Positions 37,823-46,473 of a stretch of 50,260 bases of DNA are shown one piece after another. The notes below the pieces were generated by a model. That model was not told the DNA's origin and did no database searches. It was given only the letters and a program-made list of their open reading frames with translations. Both the position numbers and the translations under genes were made by a program. Origin of the DNA: Escherichia phage Henu4_2; the sequence record PQ159479. The stretch is one strand, 5' to 3'. Position 1 is the first letter of the stretch. Every line of letters starts with the position of its first letter.

Positions 37823-38230
37823 ATGGTTACTGACAAAGGCGATTATCTGGAGTATTACAACAAATCAGATCCAGACGATAGGAAGGAGGAAGCGCACCAG
37901 GTTGATTCTTATTCATGGCTAACATATGAGTTTACAATGTGGCTTGTTTGGCACACTAAAAACGAGGGGAAGAAAACCATAGGCACAGCCGTAAAGGATC
38001 AGCAAGCGGGTGTGAAAAAGGGAGTTAGCGACATTCTAATTCTGACTGGTTTTATTGGCTGCAAGTATTCATTTATAGCCATTGAGCTTAAACGCGCCAA
38101 CAAGAAAGGCACGAAAGTAAGCCAGGAGCAAAAGGAATTCTTACGACGCGTTAGGGAATGCGGAGGATTTGCCGCCGTATGCTATGGCGTAGAGCAAGTA
38201 AAATTGGCTATCGCAGACGCTACAAAATAG
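37823..38230 (+). CDS. VRR-NUC domain nuclease
   Basis: GVSDILIL...IAIELKRANKKGTKVSQEQKEF matches the VRR-NUC D..E.K and SxEQ pattern. Confidence 0.75.
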   Translation: MVTDKGDYLEYYNKSDPDDRKEEAHQVDSYSWLTYEFTMWLVWHTKNEGKKTIGTAVKDQQAGVKKGVSDILILTGFIGCKYSFIAIELKRANKKGTKVSQEQKEFLRRVRECGGFAAVCYGVEQVKLAIADATK

Positions 38231-38270
38231 CACTTTTTGTTAAAACAGGCGCAACGGAATGCGCCATAAT
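38226..38270 (+). promoter_or_regulatory. conserved early element copy 10 (stem GGCGC/GCGCC, CATAAT)
   Basis: ATAGCACTTTTTGTTAAAA; CATAAT 22 nt after TTGTTA; AACGAAACGGAG leader. Confidence 0.5.
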
Positions 38271-38301
38271 GCACCCATCAGAACGAAACGGAGAATTAAC
38301 C

Positions 38302-38580
38302 ATGAAAAAGATGTTATCAGTAGTTGCTTTATCACTTGCCCTTGTCGGTTGCATGGATAAACCAAAAACATATATTTGCGGAAATGAAGCGTTTGAGGTT
38401 GCAAGCGACTATATGAAAGTTGTAAGCGGTCCGAGCACAGGCGTTGTAATGGATAATATCAGCAAAAATCAATATAAGCTGTTTACGCCAATTGGGACGG
38501 CTTATTACACTGTTAACGATAACACCATTGATATTAAAGTTGGCGTTTATCAGCACACTCTAACTTGCGAGGTAAAATAA
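38302..38580 (+). CDS. outer-membrane lipoprotein (superinfection-exclusion candidate)
   Basis: lipoprotein signal MKKMLSVVALSLALVGC (lipobox LVGC); 92 aa. Confidence 0.6.
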   Translation: MKKMLSVVALSLALVGCMDKPKTYICGNEAFEVASDYMKVVSGPSTGVVMDNISKNQYKLFTPIGTAYYTVNDNTIDIKVGVYQHTLTCEVK

Positions 38581-38581
38581 A

Positions 38582-39319
38582 ATGGCTAAGGATTTTCAGG
38601 ACAAAGCAACCATTGATACTTTTGAGCCGGAAATGGATTTTCATGAATTGCAACACGGAAGATATTCAGATATTGCGCTGCGTTCAGGTGGTCATTATCA
38701 GCCAGTTAGAGAAAACACGTTTTTGAAGGTTAGCGGCAACCGTTATGCAGGAAGTAAAACGCCGGACGTTGTGCGCGATTTGTGGGAAACGCCAGATGAA
38801 ATTGTTGATTATCTTGCTGAACGTTACGGCAAATATGATCTTGATGCAGCCGCAACAGAAGATAATAAAAAATGCGATAAGTTTTACAGCAAAGAAACAA
38901 ACTGTTTAAAGCGTTGGTGGGGTAGCAATAAGCATGTTTGGCTTAATCCGCCATACAGCAATCCAGATCCGTTTGTGTTAAAAGCAATTGAGCAGATGGA
39001 ACACGGAAACCAGATTGATATTTTACTTCCGGCTGACAACTCAACCGCATGGTTTAGCGATGCACAAAAACACGCGGCGGAAATTATCTGGATCACTGGC
39101 GAAACATGGGAAGAAGAAGGAAAACAATATTCCCGCACTGGTCGAGTGTCGTTTATTTCTGGCATGACAGGTGAGCAAGTTAGTGGAAACAATAAAGGAA
39201 GCGTGATTTTTATCATGCGCCAACTGAAAGAAGGTGAGCAACAACAAACTCATTATGTGCCAATTAGTGAAATTTGCCCTTCTGTTAAGAACAAACGCAC
39301 AAAAGCGCGGAGTATTTAA
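38582..39319 (+). CDS. dam: DNA N6-adenine methyltransferase (Dam-like)
   Basis: catalytic NPPY motif in WLNPPYSNP. Confidence 0.8.
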   Translation: MAKDFQDKATIDTFEPEMDFHELQHGRYSDIALRSGGHYQPVRENTFLKVSGNRYAGSKTPDVVRDLWETPDEIVDYLAERYGKYDLDAAATEDNKKCDKFYSKETNCLKRWWGSNKHVWLNPPYSNPDPFVLKAIEQMEHGNQIDILLPADNSTAWFSDAQKHAAEIIWITGETWEEEGKQYSRTGRVSFISGMTGEQVSGNNKGSVIFIMRQLKEGEQQQTHYVPISEICPSVKNKRTKARSI

Positions 39320-39321
39320 AG

Positions 39322-39588
39322 ATGGAAAAGATTGAAACTATTGTTGAAAATGGCGTTGAATATCGACGCGTTGAATTAACTGAACGTGGTTTATGGTTGC
39401 TTTATCGCGCTATGGTGTGCGATGCGATAGAAAAGGCGAATGAAACTGAAACAGTAGGATCTGATTTGTGGATGTTCACAGATGTGCTTGATATGAGTTT
39501 TGATGAAACAAAAGAGCTTGTATTGAGCAAGTGGGAAGAAAAGATAAATCAAGATCTAAAAGAATTTTTAGCAGATCCGAATAAATAG
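39322..39588 (+). CDS. hypothetical protein
   Basis: 88-aa ORF, stop inside motif copy 11. Confidence 0.45.
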   Translation: MEKIETIVENGVEYRRVELTERGLWLLYRAMVCDAIEKANETETVGSDLWMFTDVLDMSFDETKELVLSKWEEKINQDLKEFLADPNK

Positions 39589-39628
39589 CACTTTTTGTTA
39601 AAAATGCCCCGCTTATGTGGGGCATAAT
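39584..39628 (+). promoter_or_regulatory. conserved early element copy 11 (stem ATGCCCC/GGGGCAT, CATAAT)
   Basis: ATAGCACTTTTTGTTAAAA; CATAAT; TTCAACGAAACGAAACGAGGA leader. Confidence 0.5.
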
Positions 39629-39660
39629 CATTTCAACGAAACGAAACGAGGATTTGTAAA

Positions 39661-39825
39661 ATGAAAATTGTTAATGTTGAATATTTCAAAGATGCTCAAT
39701 GGTTAGCAAGAGAATCTTTGTTTATGCTTGAGCGTAAAAACCCAAAAGTTATTGCGCAAATTCTTTGGAATGATGCTATGGAATTACTTAAAAAGGCTTA
39801 CGGTCATGAAAGTAACGAAGGGTAA
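39661..39825 (+). CDS. small hypothetical protein (54 aa)
   Basis: ATG after conserved leader and GAGGA RBS; below the ORF-track length cut-off. Confidence 0.4.
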   Translation: MKIVNVEYFKDAQWLARESLFMLERKNPKVIAQILWNDAMELLKKAYGHESNEG

Positions 39826-40048
39826 AAAGGAAACCTGGGAGTTAGCGAAAAAAGGCGGTCTTGATGAAGGGATCGCCAAAATAGCGCAATATTTCGATAT
39901 TAAAGACGTGTGCGTTATTGTCGGTGATGAAATGGCATATGTGGATGAAAAACCGCGCAAGGTTCATCGTGTTCCGGCAATTCCGACAACAATCGACTAT
40001 AAAGAAGTTATCAACAAAACCAAAGAGCAAAGGAAATATTACAAGTGA
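39806..40048 (+). CDS. hypothetical protein
   Basis: 81-aa ORF from ATG 39806 overlapping previous gene. Confidence 0.35.
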   Translation: MKVTKGKKETWELAKKGGLDEGIAKIAQYFDIKDVCVIVGDEMAYVDEKPRKVHRVPAIPTTIDYKEVINKTKEQRKYYK

Positions 40049-40141
40049 AAACAATTAAATTCATGTTTGCTGTTGTCTTGCCGCCAATGCTGGCATGGTT
40101 TATGATGTACGCCATTGTTATGAAATAAGAGGATTTGTGAA

Positions 40142-41257
40142 ATGAGTGCGGCAAAAATTACGGACGAACAACTTATTGCAGAAAGGGCAGCAGGTTTAAA
40201 ACTGCGTGAGATTGCTGAAAAGTACGGAATGAGCTTGCGACAGGTTGAGCACCGTCACAGCAAATTGGCTAAACGTGGGGAAATATCAACAATCGGATCG
40301 CCTGGCTTTGCTGTAATTGGCGAGTCAAAGTTAGTTGATAAGAATGGTAACACTAAACTAACATGGATTAAGACGCACAAAGACAAAGAGCAATTAGAGG
40401 CAATCATGCAAGCGGCTATGGCTGCATTTTCGGAAGAAGTGCCGCGCATCAAGCCGCAACCGGAAAAAATTACTGATTACTCGCAAACGCTGGCGTTATA
40501 TCCGATCTTTGATATCCATATTGGCGCAATGGCTCATAAGCATGAAAGCGGTGAGAATTACGACACGGCAACAGCGGAAAACGTAATGAATGAGTTTTTC
40601 GATTATGCAGTTGATAAAGCGCCGAATAGCGAAAAGGCCGTATTGCTGATTGGTGGTGATATGATTCACAGCGACGGATTAGAAGCCGTCACACCTGCAA
40701 GCGGTCACGTATTGGATCAGGATTCACGTTATGCAAAACTGGTTTATGTTGCCATTCGTGCCACGCGTAGAGCAGTAAGCCGTATGCTTGAAAAGCATAA
40801 AGAGGTTGAGATCCAGATCATTGAGGGTAATCACGACCAATCAGGAATGATCTGGCTACGTGCTGCAATGGCGGCGGCGTATGAAGATGAACCACGCGTT
40901 AATGTTGATGTTTCTCCGCGTGTAGTGCATCACACGCAATATGGAAAAACGTTCCTTGCTTATCATCATGGCCACACTGTACGCAAGCCAGAAACGCTTT
41001 TAATGATGTGTGCAGCGGATTGGCGGGAAGATTTCGGAAACTCCAATTCAATGTATGCGCATGTGGGGCATTGGCATCATCAGACAGTCACAGAAACGAG
41101 CCTGGGCATTGTTGAGGTTCATAGCACTATGGCGGCTAAAGATGCTTATGCGGCGCGTGGCGGTTGGCGTTCACGCCGTAGAGCGGCGGTAATTATCTAT
41201 GATAAGGAATATGGCGAGATAGGGCGCTTCATGTTCTACCCTGAAATGATTGCATAA
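40142..41257 (+). CDS. HTH + calcineurin-like metallophosphoesterase
   Basis: N-terminal HTH-like LKLREIAEKYGMSLRQVEHR; phosphoesterase motifs DIHIGA, GGDMIHSD, GNHD. Confidence 0.7.
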   Translation: MSAAKITDEQLIAERAAGLKLREIAEKYGMSLRQVEHRHSKLAKRGEISTIGSPGFAVIGESKLVDKNGNTKLTWIKTHKDKEQLEAIMQAAMAAFSEEVPRIKPQPEKITDYSQTLALYPIFDIHIGAMAHKHESGENYDTATAENVMNEFFDYAVDKAPNSEKAVLLIGGDMIHSDGLEAVTPASGHVLDQDSRYAKLVYVAIRATRRAVSRMLEKHKEVEIQIIEGNHDQSGMIWLRAAMAAAYEDEPRVNVDVSPRVVHHTQYGKTFLAYHHGHTVRKPETLLMMCAADWREDFGNSNSMYAHVGHWHHQTVTETSLGIVEVHSTMAAKDAYAARGGWRSRRRAAVIIYDKEYGEIGRFMFYPEMIA

Positions 41258-41369
41258 TTAAATTATCACATAAAAAGGCTGGCTAAATGCTGGCCTTTTT
41301 TTGTTTTTGTCGTTAACATAATCAGACTGTTTTTTGATATTGACTTTTTAATTTTTAAGGGATCTAGTT

Positions 41370-41585
41370 ATGCGTGAATTTATTAACTTTGCAACTTATT
41401 CAAGTGGTGGTGCTTCATTCTCTGGCGCTGCAACTGGTCAATTAATGTTGGCGGTTCTAACATTCATATTCTTTGTTATTTTCGGCGCTGTTGGCTTGTG
41501 GCTAAGGTGGCGTGACAGCAAGGCGATCCGAGAGGCGTTAGAGTGTGGAGATCTTAAAACCGCTCTTAAAATTAACCAAAAATAG
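41370..41585 (+). CDS. holin (class with single TM; pinholin candidate)
   Basis: 71 aa, TM LMLAVLTFIFFVIFGAVGLWL, charged C-terminus; directly upstream of endolysin. Confidence 0.65.
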   Translation: MREFINFATYSSGGASFSGAATGQLMLAVLTFIFFVIFGAVGLWLRWRDSKAIREALECGDLKTALKINQK

Positions 41586-41597
41586 GGAGTGAATTTA

Positions 41598-42092
41598 ATG
41601 GCTATTAAAAAGACAATAGCCGCTACCATAACGGGCGCGGCTTTAATGATGGCATCGCCCTTGATTGAAGAAATTGAGGGCGTGAGGTATAAACCTTACA
41701 AGGATATTGCAGGAATCTGGACGGTATGCCACGGAATCACAGGAAAGGATGTGATATTAGGAAAGGAATATACCAGGCGAGAATGTGACGCGCTACTTGC
41801 AAAGCATATGAAAGTTGCGGCTGACGCTGTTGATAAAGCGGTTAAGGTTGATATTCCTATTTCTATGCGAGCGGCTTTGTACTCATTCACATTCAACGCC
41901 GGAACAGGTGCATTCAGTAAATCAACCATGTTGAAGAAGATCAACAATGGTGATCTGTATGGTGGTTGTGGCGAGCTTTGGAACTGGACATATTACCGGA
42001 ACCCGAAAACGGGAAAAAAGGAAAAATCAAAGGGATTGAAGAATCGCCGCGCTGTTGAATATAAATATTGTGTAATGGATCTGAATAAATGA
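41598..42092 (+). CDS. endolysin, GH24 lysozyme with putative N-terminal SAR domain
   Basis: catalytic E-x8-D-x5-T in [19 protein letters not shown]; weakly hydrophobic Gly/Ala-rich N-terminus. Confidence 0.85.
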   Translation: MAIKKTIAATITGAALMMASPLIEEIEGVRYKPYKDIAGIWTVCHGITGKDVILGKEYTRRECDALLAKHMKVAADAVDKAVKVDIPISMRAALYSFTFNAGTGAFSKSTMLKKINNGDLYGGCGELWNWTYYRNPKTGKKEKSKGLKNRRAVEYKYCVMDLNK

Positions 42093-42478
42093 AAAGAAAA
42101 TTACTGGCTATTATGATGTGCATTGCTCTTTCTGGTTGTTCAGCTTCAAGCGTTTTACCTGGTCTGATTGGTAGCAAGCCTGATATAACGGCACAGGCTG
42201 GAGCGGAGAATGTGAAACAGACTGTTGGTGTGACCGCAAAGCAGGATACATCAAGCAAGCAGGAAACAACATTCAAAGAATCGGCAGTTGGTCAGGTTGA
42301 CACGTCAAATAAAAAGCAGGTGAGCACCTCAAGCATTAAGGCCGATAACATCACGGCGGAAAGAATAGAAATTCGCAACAATGACGGTCTTAACGTTCCG
42401 GCAATCGCAATGGGTATATTAATGTTTATTGCTGGTATGCTGGCAGGTTGGACACTAAAACGTAATAAGGCGGCATAA
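42089..42478 (+). CDS. unimolecular spanin (lipoprotein with C-terminal TM)
   Basis: lipobox LSGC at N-terminus plus C-terminal [17 protein letters not shown]; same architecture as T1 gp11. Confidence 0.7.
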   Translation: MKRKLLAIMMCIALSGCSASSVLPGLIGSKPDITAQAGAENVKQTVGVTAKQDTSSKQETTFKESAVGQVDTSNKKQVSTSSIKADNITAERIEIRNNDGLNVPAIAMGILMFIAGMLAGWTLKRNKAA

Positions 42479-42493
42479 GCCGCCTTTTCTTTT
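42467..42493 (+). terminator. rho-independent terminator after lysis cassette
   Basis: GGCGGC-ATAA-GCCGCC + TTTTCTTTT. Confidence 0.7.
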
Positions 42494-42689
42494 ACTCAAA
42501 TTTTCTAACATGAATTAGCAATTCACCATCATGATTTGTCAGTTGATGCTCTTGATCCCCAAACGCTCGCATATCGCTATAAAGCAACAGCATTAACGCA
42601 TAGACAAAATCATCATGCGGAATTTGCATTGCTGAACTTTCTTTCAAAATAAGATCTATCAAATGCTGGCTTGCTGAATAATTCTTCAT
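42492..42689 (-). CDS. hypothetical protein (overlaps next ORF by 77 nt)
   Basis: 65-aa ORF in a different frame from 42613-43005. Confidence 0.3.
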   Translation of the reverse strand: MKNYSASQHLIDLILKESSAMQIPHDDFVYALMLLLYSDMRAFGDQEHQLTNHDGELLIHVRKFE

Positions 42690-43005
42690 CGCTCATTTTC
42701 TCTATATTCATAATTTCCAAAACATAACGATTTTTATCACCTTCCAGGCTATATAGTTCGAAATTAAACGGTCTTTTCATCTTGTTTTTACACCAATATT
42801 CGCAGTGTACGCCGTCCAAATATCCAAAACCCATAAGGCGAGAAATAAACTCTTTACTCACACTTGATGCGAAATAGCGGGGAGTTACCCCCGCATTTTT
42901 TGCAAGCCTTTCACATTCACGGTTGCGGAATATAAATCTTGCTAATTCCTGGCGGTTGAATTTCTCGCGAGACTCACAAAAGCGATACAGATCTAATAAG
43001 AACAT
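42613..43005 (-). CDS. hypothetical protein translationally coupled to the DUF3987-like gene
   Basis: 130-aa ORF; ATG 2 nt after upstream stop (TAATCATG). Confidence 0.4.
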   Translation of the reverse strand: MFLLDLYRFCESREKFNRQELARFIFRNRECERLAKNAGVTPRYFASSVSKEFISRLMGFGYLDGVHCEYWCKNKMKRPFNFELYSLEGDKNRYVLEIMNIEKMSDEELFSKPAFDRSYFERKFSNANSA

Positions 43006-43007
43006 GA

Positions 43008-44588
43008 TTACCCCATTAACGCAGGATTGACATAAACAAATTTACCAACGCTGCAAACATAATTCTTTTCTTCAAGCATTGGCAATAATTGTTCTTCAAT
43101 TCGTTTCATAACGCCTGATTGACCTGTAAACGGCTTAACCTTACGCGCACTTTCATATATCGCTCTTGCATTGGTAACGCCTTTATTTTGACGTGAGATC
43201 TTAATGATGATTTCAATTAGCTTGCTCATTTCGGCATCATCGCCAGCGTGACCTGAAGCATTCGCGGCGTTAATATATGTTTTGCTTAATTCGCTGAACA
43301 TCACCAAAGCCTCTTGCATTGTCTCAACTTCAATTTCTCGCGACTTTTGCGGCGTACCGTTTGGATTAAACCAATTGCGGATCGTGTGCAATACTGACGC
43401 AATGCGGATAACTTGCTTATCCATTTTACCCAAAGCACCACGCAACATTGTATGTGAATATTTCCCGCCGTCTGCTAAATCTGGCTCTAATTGCTGTCGA
43501 GCAATATTAAGGACACGCATTGCAGAACGTGACGGCTTCAATACAACATTTTGTTCAGTCATGATGTTATGAATCAACTGGAAATATTGCGCCTTTAATT
43601 CTTTATCAACTGGCGTGTAATCAAGATCACCATTTTCATCAATAAATACACGCTCGCCTAACATTGTTTTTTCACGCACAAGCAAGAAACGTTCACTAAC
43701 ACCGATACCCCGCGCCCCTGCATCCATGATCCCTTTTATCGTTTCATCCTGGGCAATTACGCTCATGCAGCCCAACGCAACAAAACTCATATTGTTTTCA
43801 GAATTGGCGCGAGCTATTGAAACGTGTCCTGCGTCCCATGCTTTTAGAACCAATTCGCTGTTAGTCTTGCGATCACTATTAGCGTAAGTCAATCCGAGTA
43901 AGCTGTTGATGCTTGTTGCTTCATCGGAAATGACAGCAAAGTTACCCTGGCGATTGTTGATCTTTGCTAACCCTTCCGGCGTGGTGTCTGATACCGGAAA
44001 AACGATATCGCACATTTTTTCTAACTTTTCCTCTAATTCCTCCTTTTCCTCAAACAGCGCCGCTAACTCAGTGCCGGAACGTTCAGCTTTCAATTCCTTT
44101 TCAACGCCTTTTAATTTCGCTGCGATCTTCTTTCGCTCTTTCTTGCGTTGTTCGTTGATGCGCTCAACTTCACAGACCATTGGCGCAATAGCCAGGCTGT
44201 TGATTGCTGATTTACCAGTTGATGGCGGCTGACTGGTTACAACATAAAGCGCAGTTGGTTGTTCAGTGCCGTGGTACTCAACTTGGAAGCGTCCAACCAT
44301 AGCGGCGGAAACGCAACCAATGAAATGCATATAGGCCGATGATTCAGGAAATTGAACAGATTGCGCAATGCTACGTGACAGTTTACCCACAACATCAACA
44401 TCATTACCCAAAGAGATCACAGGATAACGGTCATTAGCGCCGTTGATATCCTTTACAGGTTCCCAAAAGCTGGACGATTGGCGGTAGCCGTTCGACTGAA
44501 TAGCAACGCGAAGCGGCGATGTTCCCTGCGATTCTGCAATGGCTATAACTTGTTGAGGTGTCAATTTGTTGGTGTCAAAGTCAAACAT
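43008..44588 (-). CDS. DUF3987-like P-loop protein (replication-associated, function unknown)
   Basis: Walker-A-like SQPPSTGKSA; DTTPEGL, SDEA, KAWDAGHVSIAR, IAQDE, RFLLV match my recollection of the DUF3987 consensus. Confidence 0.55.
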   Translation of the reverse strand: MFDFDTNKLTPQQVIAIAESQGTSPLRVAIQSNGYRQSSSFWEPVKDINGANDRYPVISLGNDVDVVGKLSRSIAQSVQFPESSAYMHFIGCVSAAMVGRFQVEYHGTEQPTALYVVTSQPPSTGKSAINSLAIAPMVCEVERINEQRKKERKKIAAKLKGVEKELKAERSGTELAALFEEKEELEEKLEKMCDIVFPVSDTTPEGLAKINNRQGNFAVISDEATSINSLLGLTYANSDRKTNSELVLKAWDAGHVSIARANSENNMSFVALGCMSVIAQDETIKGIMDAGARGIGVSERFLLVREKTMLGERVFIDENGDLDYTPVDKELKAQYFQLIHNIMTEQNVVLKPSRSAMRVLNIARQQLEPDLADGGKYSHTMLRGALGKMDKQVIRIASVLHTIRNWFNPNGTPQKSREIEVETMQEALVMFSELSKTYINAANASGHAGDDAEMSKLIEIIIKISRQNKGVTNARAIYESARKVKPFTGQSGVMKRIEEQLLPMLEEKNYVCSVGKFVYVNPALMG

Positions 44589-44603
44589 CTAAAAATCTCC
44601 TTC

Positions 44604-44659
44604 TTGTTGCCGCTAATTATAACGGCAACATTCTACAGCCTTTTAGCAATTCGTGCTAT
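44604..44659 (-). promoter_or_regulatory. conserved early element (minus), stem GTTGCCG/CGGCAAC with TATAAT in loop
   Basis: minus-strand ATAGCACGAATTGCTAAAA then hairpin with TATAAT; RBS AAGGAG. Confidence 0.5.
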
Positions 44660-44904
44660 TTGATCGGCTCAACCCTGGCTAATAACTTTCCGTCTATAAT
44701 GCTATGACATTCAAGAGTTTTAGGATCGAATGCAAGCGAACGATGGAACGTATGACCAATCAGCAAATATGAATGCTTATCCCTGATGCGATAGACCGTT
44801 TCACCTTCCTTTAATGAGGATATCGCACTGAAAACAACCTTGTAACGGTATTTTTGCATGGCCTCAGAACGGTGAGGAATGTAATCTTTTTCCGGTAAAC
44901 TCAT
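44656..44904 (-). CDS. hypothetical protein
   Basis: 82-aa ORF; stop TAG inside the motif. Confidence 0.45.
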   Translation of the reverse strand: MSLPEKDYIPHRSEAMQKYRYKVVFSAISSLKEGETVYRIRDKHSYLLIGHTFHRSLAFDPKTLECHSIIDGKLLARVEPIK

Positions 44905-45263
44905 GAGTATTTGGCCTCAAACAGATAAGCACCGCCAGCGGCTGAAAATCCAACTTCTTCCCGATACAGCGTGAAACGGTCGCCGTTTTCGTCGAAAACG
45001 TATCCAGCAACAGCACCTAACACGCGGCCTTGTTCGATCTGGTAACGCTTATCGGCTTTGAAAGTTTTCTTAATCTGCATGGAGTGGTTTACCCATGTGC
45101 ATTTAATGGTTTTGGTCTTAACATTTCGGAATGTTAATCCGGTTAAGTTGGCGTGAATCCATTTCCCATCTAACTTAACGAAAGTATCATCATTTTCGTC
45201 TACCCGCGCTTTGTATAGGCGGTTATCAGATCCGATAAGTTTGATTGATTTGAATTTAGCCAT
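44901..45263 (-). CDS. hypothetical protein
   Basis: 120-aa ORF, RBS AAAGGAGATAA. Confidence 0.45.
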   Translation of the reverse strand: MAKFKSIKLIGSDNRLYKARVDENDDTFVKLDGKWIHANLTGLTFRNVKTKTIKCTWVNHSMQIKKTFKADKRYQIEQGRVLGAVAGYVFDENGDRFTLYREEVGFSAAGGAYLFEAKYS

Positions 45264-45294
45264 TTGATTTATCTCCTTTTGTTTTCGTTGAAAG

Positions 45295-45339
45295 CATTAT
45301 GCCGGATACGTGATCCGGCGTTTTAACAAAAAGTGCTAT
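45295..45339 (-). promoter_or_regulatory. conserved early element (minus), stem GCCGGAT/ATCCGGC, CATAAT
   Basis: minus-strand AATAGCACTTTTTGTTAAAAC + hairpin + CATAAT + TTCAACGAAAAC leader. Confidence 0.5.
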
Positions 45340-46031
45340 TTCTGATTTGCCAGGCATACAGCAAGCGCAAAGCCGCGCGGAGTGAGTGAGCGGATCAGCT
45401 TTGTTCGCTTAGACTTACCGCCTAGCTTTTGCCAGCCTGGATTGTTGTTCCCTGTTGGCAATACTGCGTTTGTATCCGGCATTACAAAACCGTTACCCGT
45501 CCAAAGGCAAGTTTTTTTGGTGTACGCATCGCGAGCGGGAATGATTTCAGGAAAGTGAGGATGTTTATCATCTTCCGGCAACAGACCGCCAAATGCGCAA
45601 GGATGAAAGATAAAATCAGGTTGCCTCCACATCGACGACAGGACGCTAACAGGATTCTCGATCATGTATGGAACGTTAAACCGATCCGCAATATTGGCAG
45701 CAATCTTTGCCGTTTCAACCGCCTTTTTCTGGAAGTCTGGATCACGTTCACGCTTTGCTGCAAAGTGACGCGATCCGCTAACAGCTAAATCAGTGCATGG
45801 AGGGAATGCAATAATAAAATCTGGAGTGCCAAAGACGCGCATCATTGCGTTATGCTGGAATGATAATCCGATCCACTCATTCAAATAAACGATGTTGGGA
45901 TGAGTCACGCGCACTGATTGGTAATCACCATGATCAGCACCGTCGAAATTAAAGCACAGCACTTTGTGACCACGTTCAGCCCACGGCAACGCAGCATAAC
46001 CAGAACCATCAAATAGTGAGAAAATAAGCAT
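45336..46031 (-). CDS. putative DNA cytosine-5 methyltransferase (short form)
   Basis: motif I-like FSLFDGSGYAA, motif IV-like AFPPCTD, motif VI-like YMIENPV; ATG 46031 with RBS AAAGGA. Confidence 0.55.
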   Translation of the reverse strand: MLIFSLFDGSGYAALPWAERGHKVLCFNFDGADHGDYQSVRVTHPNIVYLNEWIGLSFQHNAMMRVFGTPDFIIAFPPCTDLAVSGSRHFAAKRERDPDFQKKAVETAKIAANIADRFNVPYMIENPVSVLSSMWRQPDFIFHPCAFGGLLPEDDKHPHFPEIIPARDAYTKKTCLWTGNGFVMPDTNAVLPTGNNNPGWQKLGGKSKRTKLIRSLTPRGFALAVCLANQK

Positions 46032-46140
46032 GTTTAAATCCTTTCTGTATGACCTTGTAAGGCGTTTTGTTTGTAGGTGTCGCAACTGTATTGGCTACGG
46101 CCTGAAATCGCGACACGACGCTAAACAGGCCGCTATTTTT

Positions 46141-46218
46141 TTACTTACAGAATGGGCATGTTGTTTTATCCCCGATTCCGCCGTGTTTTGGGCAGCAAAT
46201 TTTTTCGATAGGTGTCAT
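46141..46218 (-). CDS. zinc-ribbon mini-protein (25 aa)
   Basis: MTPIEKICCPKHGGIGDKTTCPFCK with strong RBS AAGGAG 8 nt upstream. Confidence 0.35.
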   Translation of the reverse strand: MTPIEKICCPKHGGIGDKTTCPFCK

Positions 46219-46230
46219 TTTAAATACTCC

Positions 46231-46473
46231 TTAGAATGGGAAACAACGCTTGCAAGATGGATCGAAGTTACAACCGCAATCATTGATTATTGCGTTAGGA
46301 TCAGCAAGCATCACGCTACTTTCTTGATCCATATCCATAGCGCCTAATGCGTCATCAAGCGTTATTTCAAGATAGGCAACTTTAAGCGCCCATTCTTTGT
46401 TAAGTCCAGCCGCCTCCGCTTCATGTAGGCGAGCAAAGAAAGCATCTTGAACCATATCAACCCCACTTCTCAA
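46231..46473 (-). CDS. hypothetical protein with C-terminal Cys cluster
   Basis: 80 aa ending CGCNFDPSCKRC. Confidence 0.45.
   Translation of the reverse strand: MRSGVDMVQDAFFARLHEAEAAGLNKEWALKVAYLEITLDDALGAMDMDQESSVMLADPNAIINDCGCNFDPSCKRCFPF

Noticed and set aside
41281-41369. Candidate sigma70 promoter (TTGACT at 41340) and weak hairpin upstream of the holin gene
   Set aside because: -10 hexamer at the expected spacing is poor (TCTAGT) and the hairpin stem is only 4 bp; not supported strongly enough to list.
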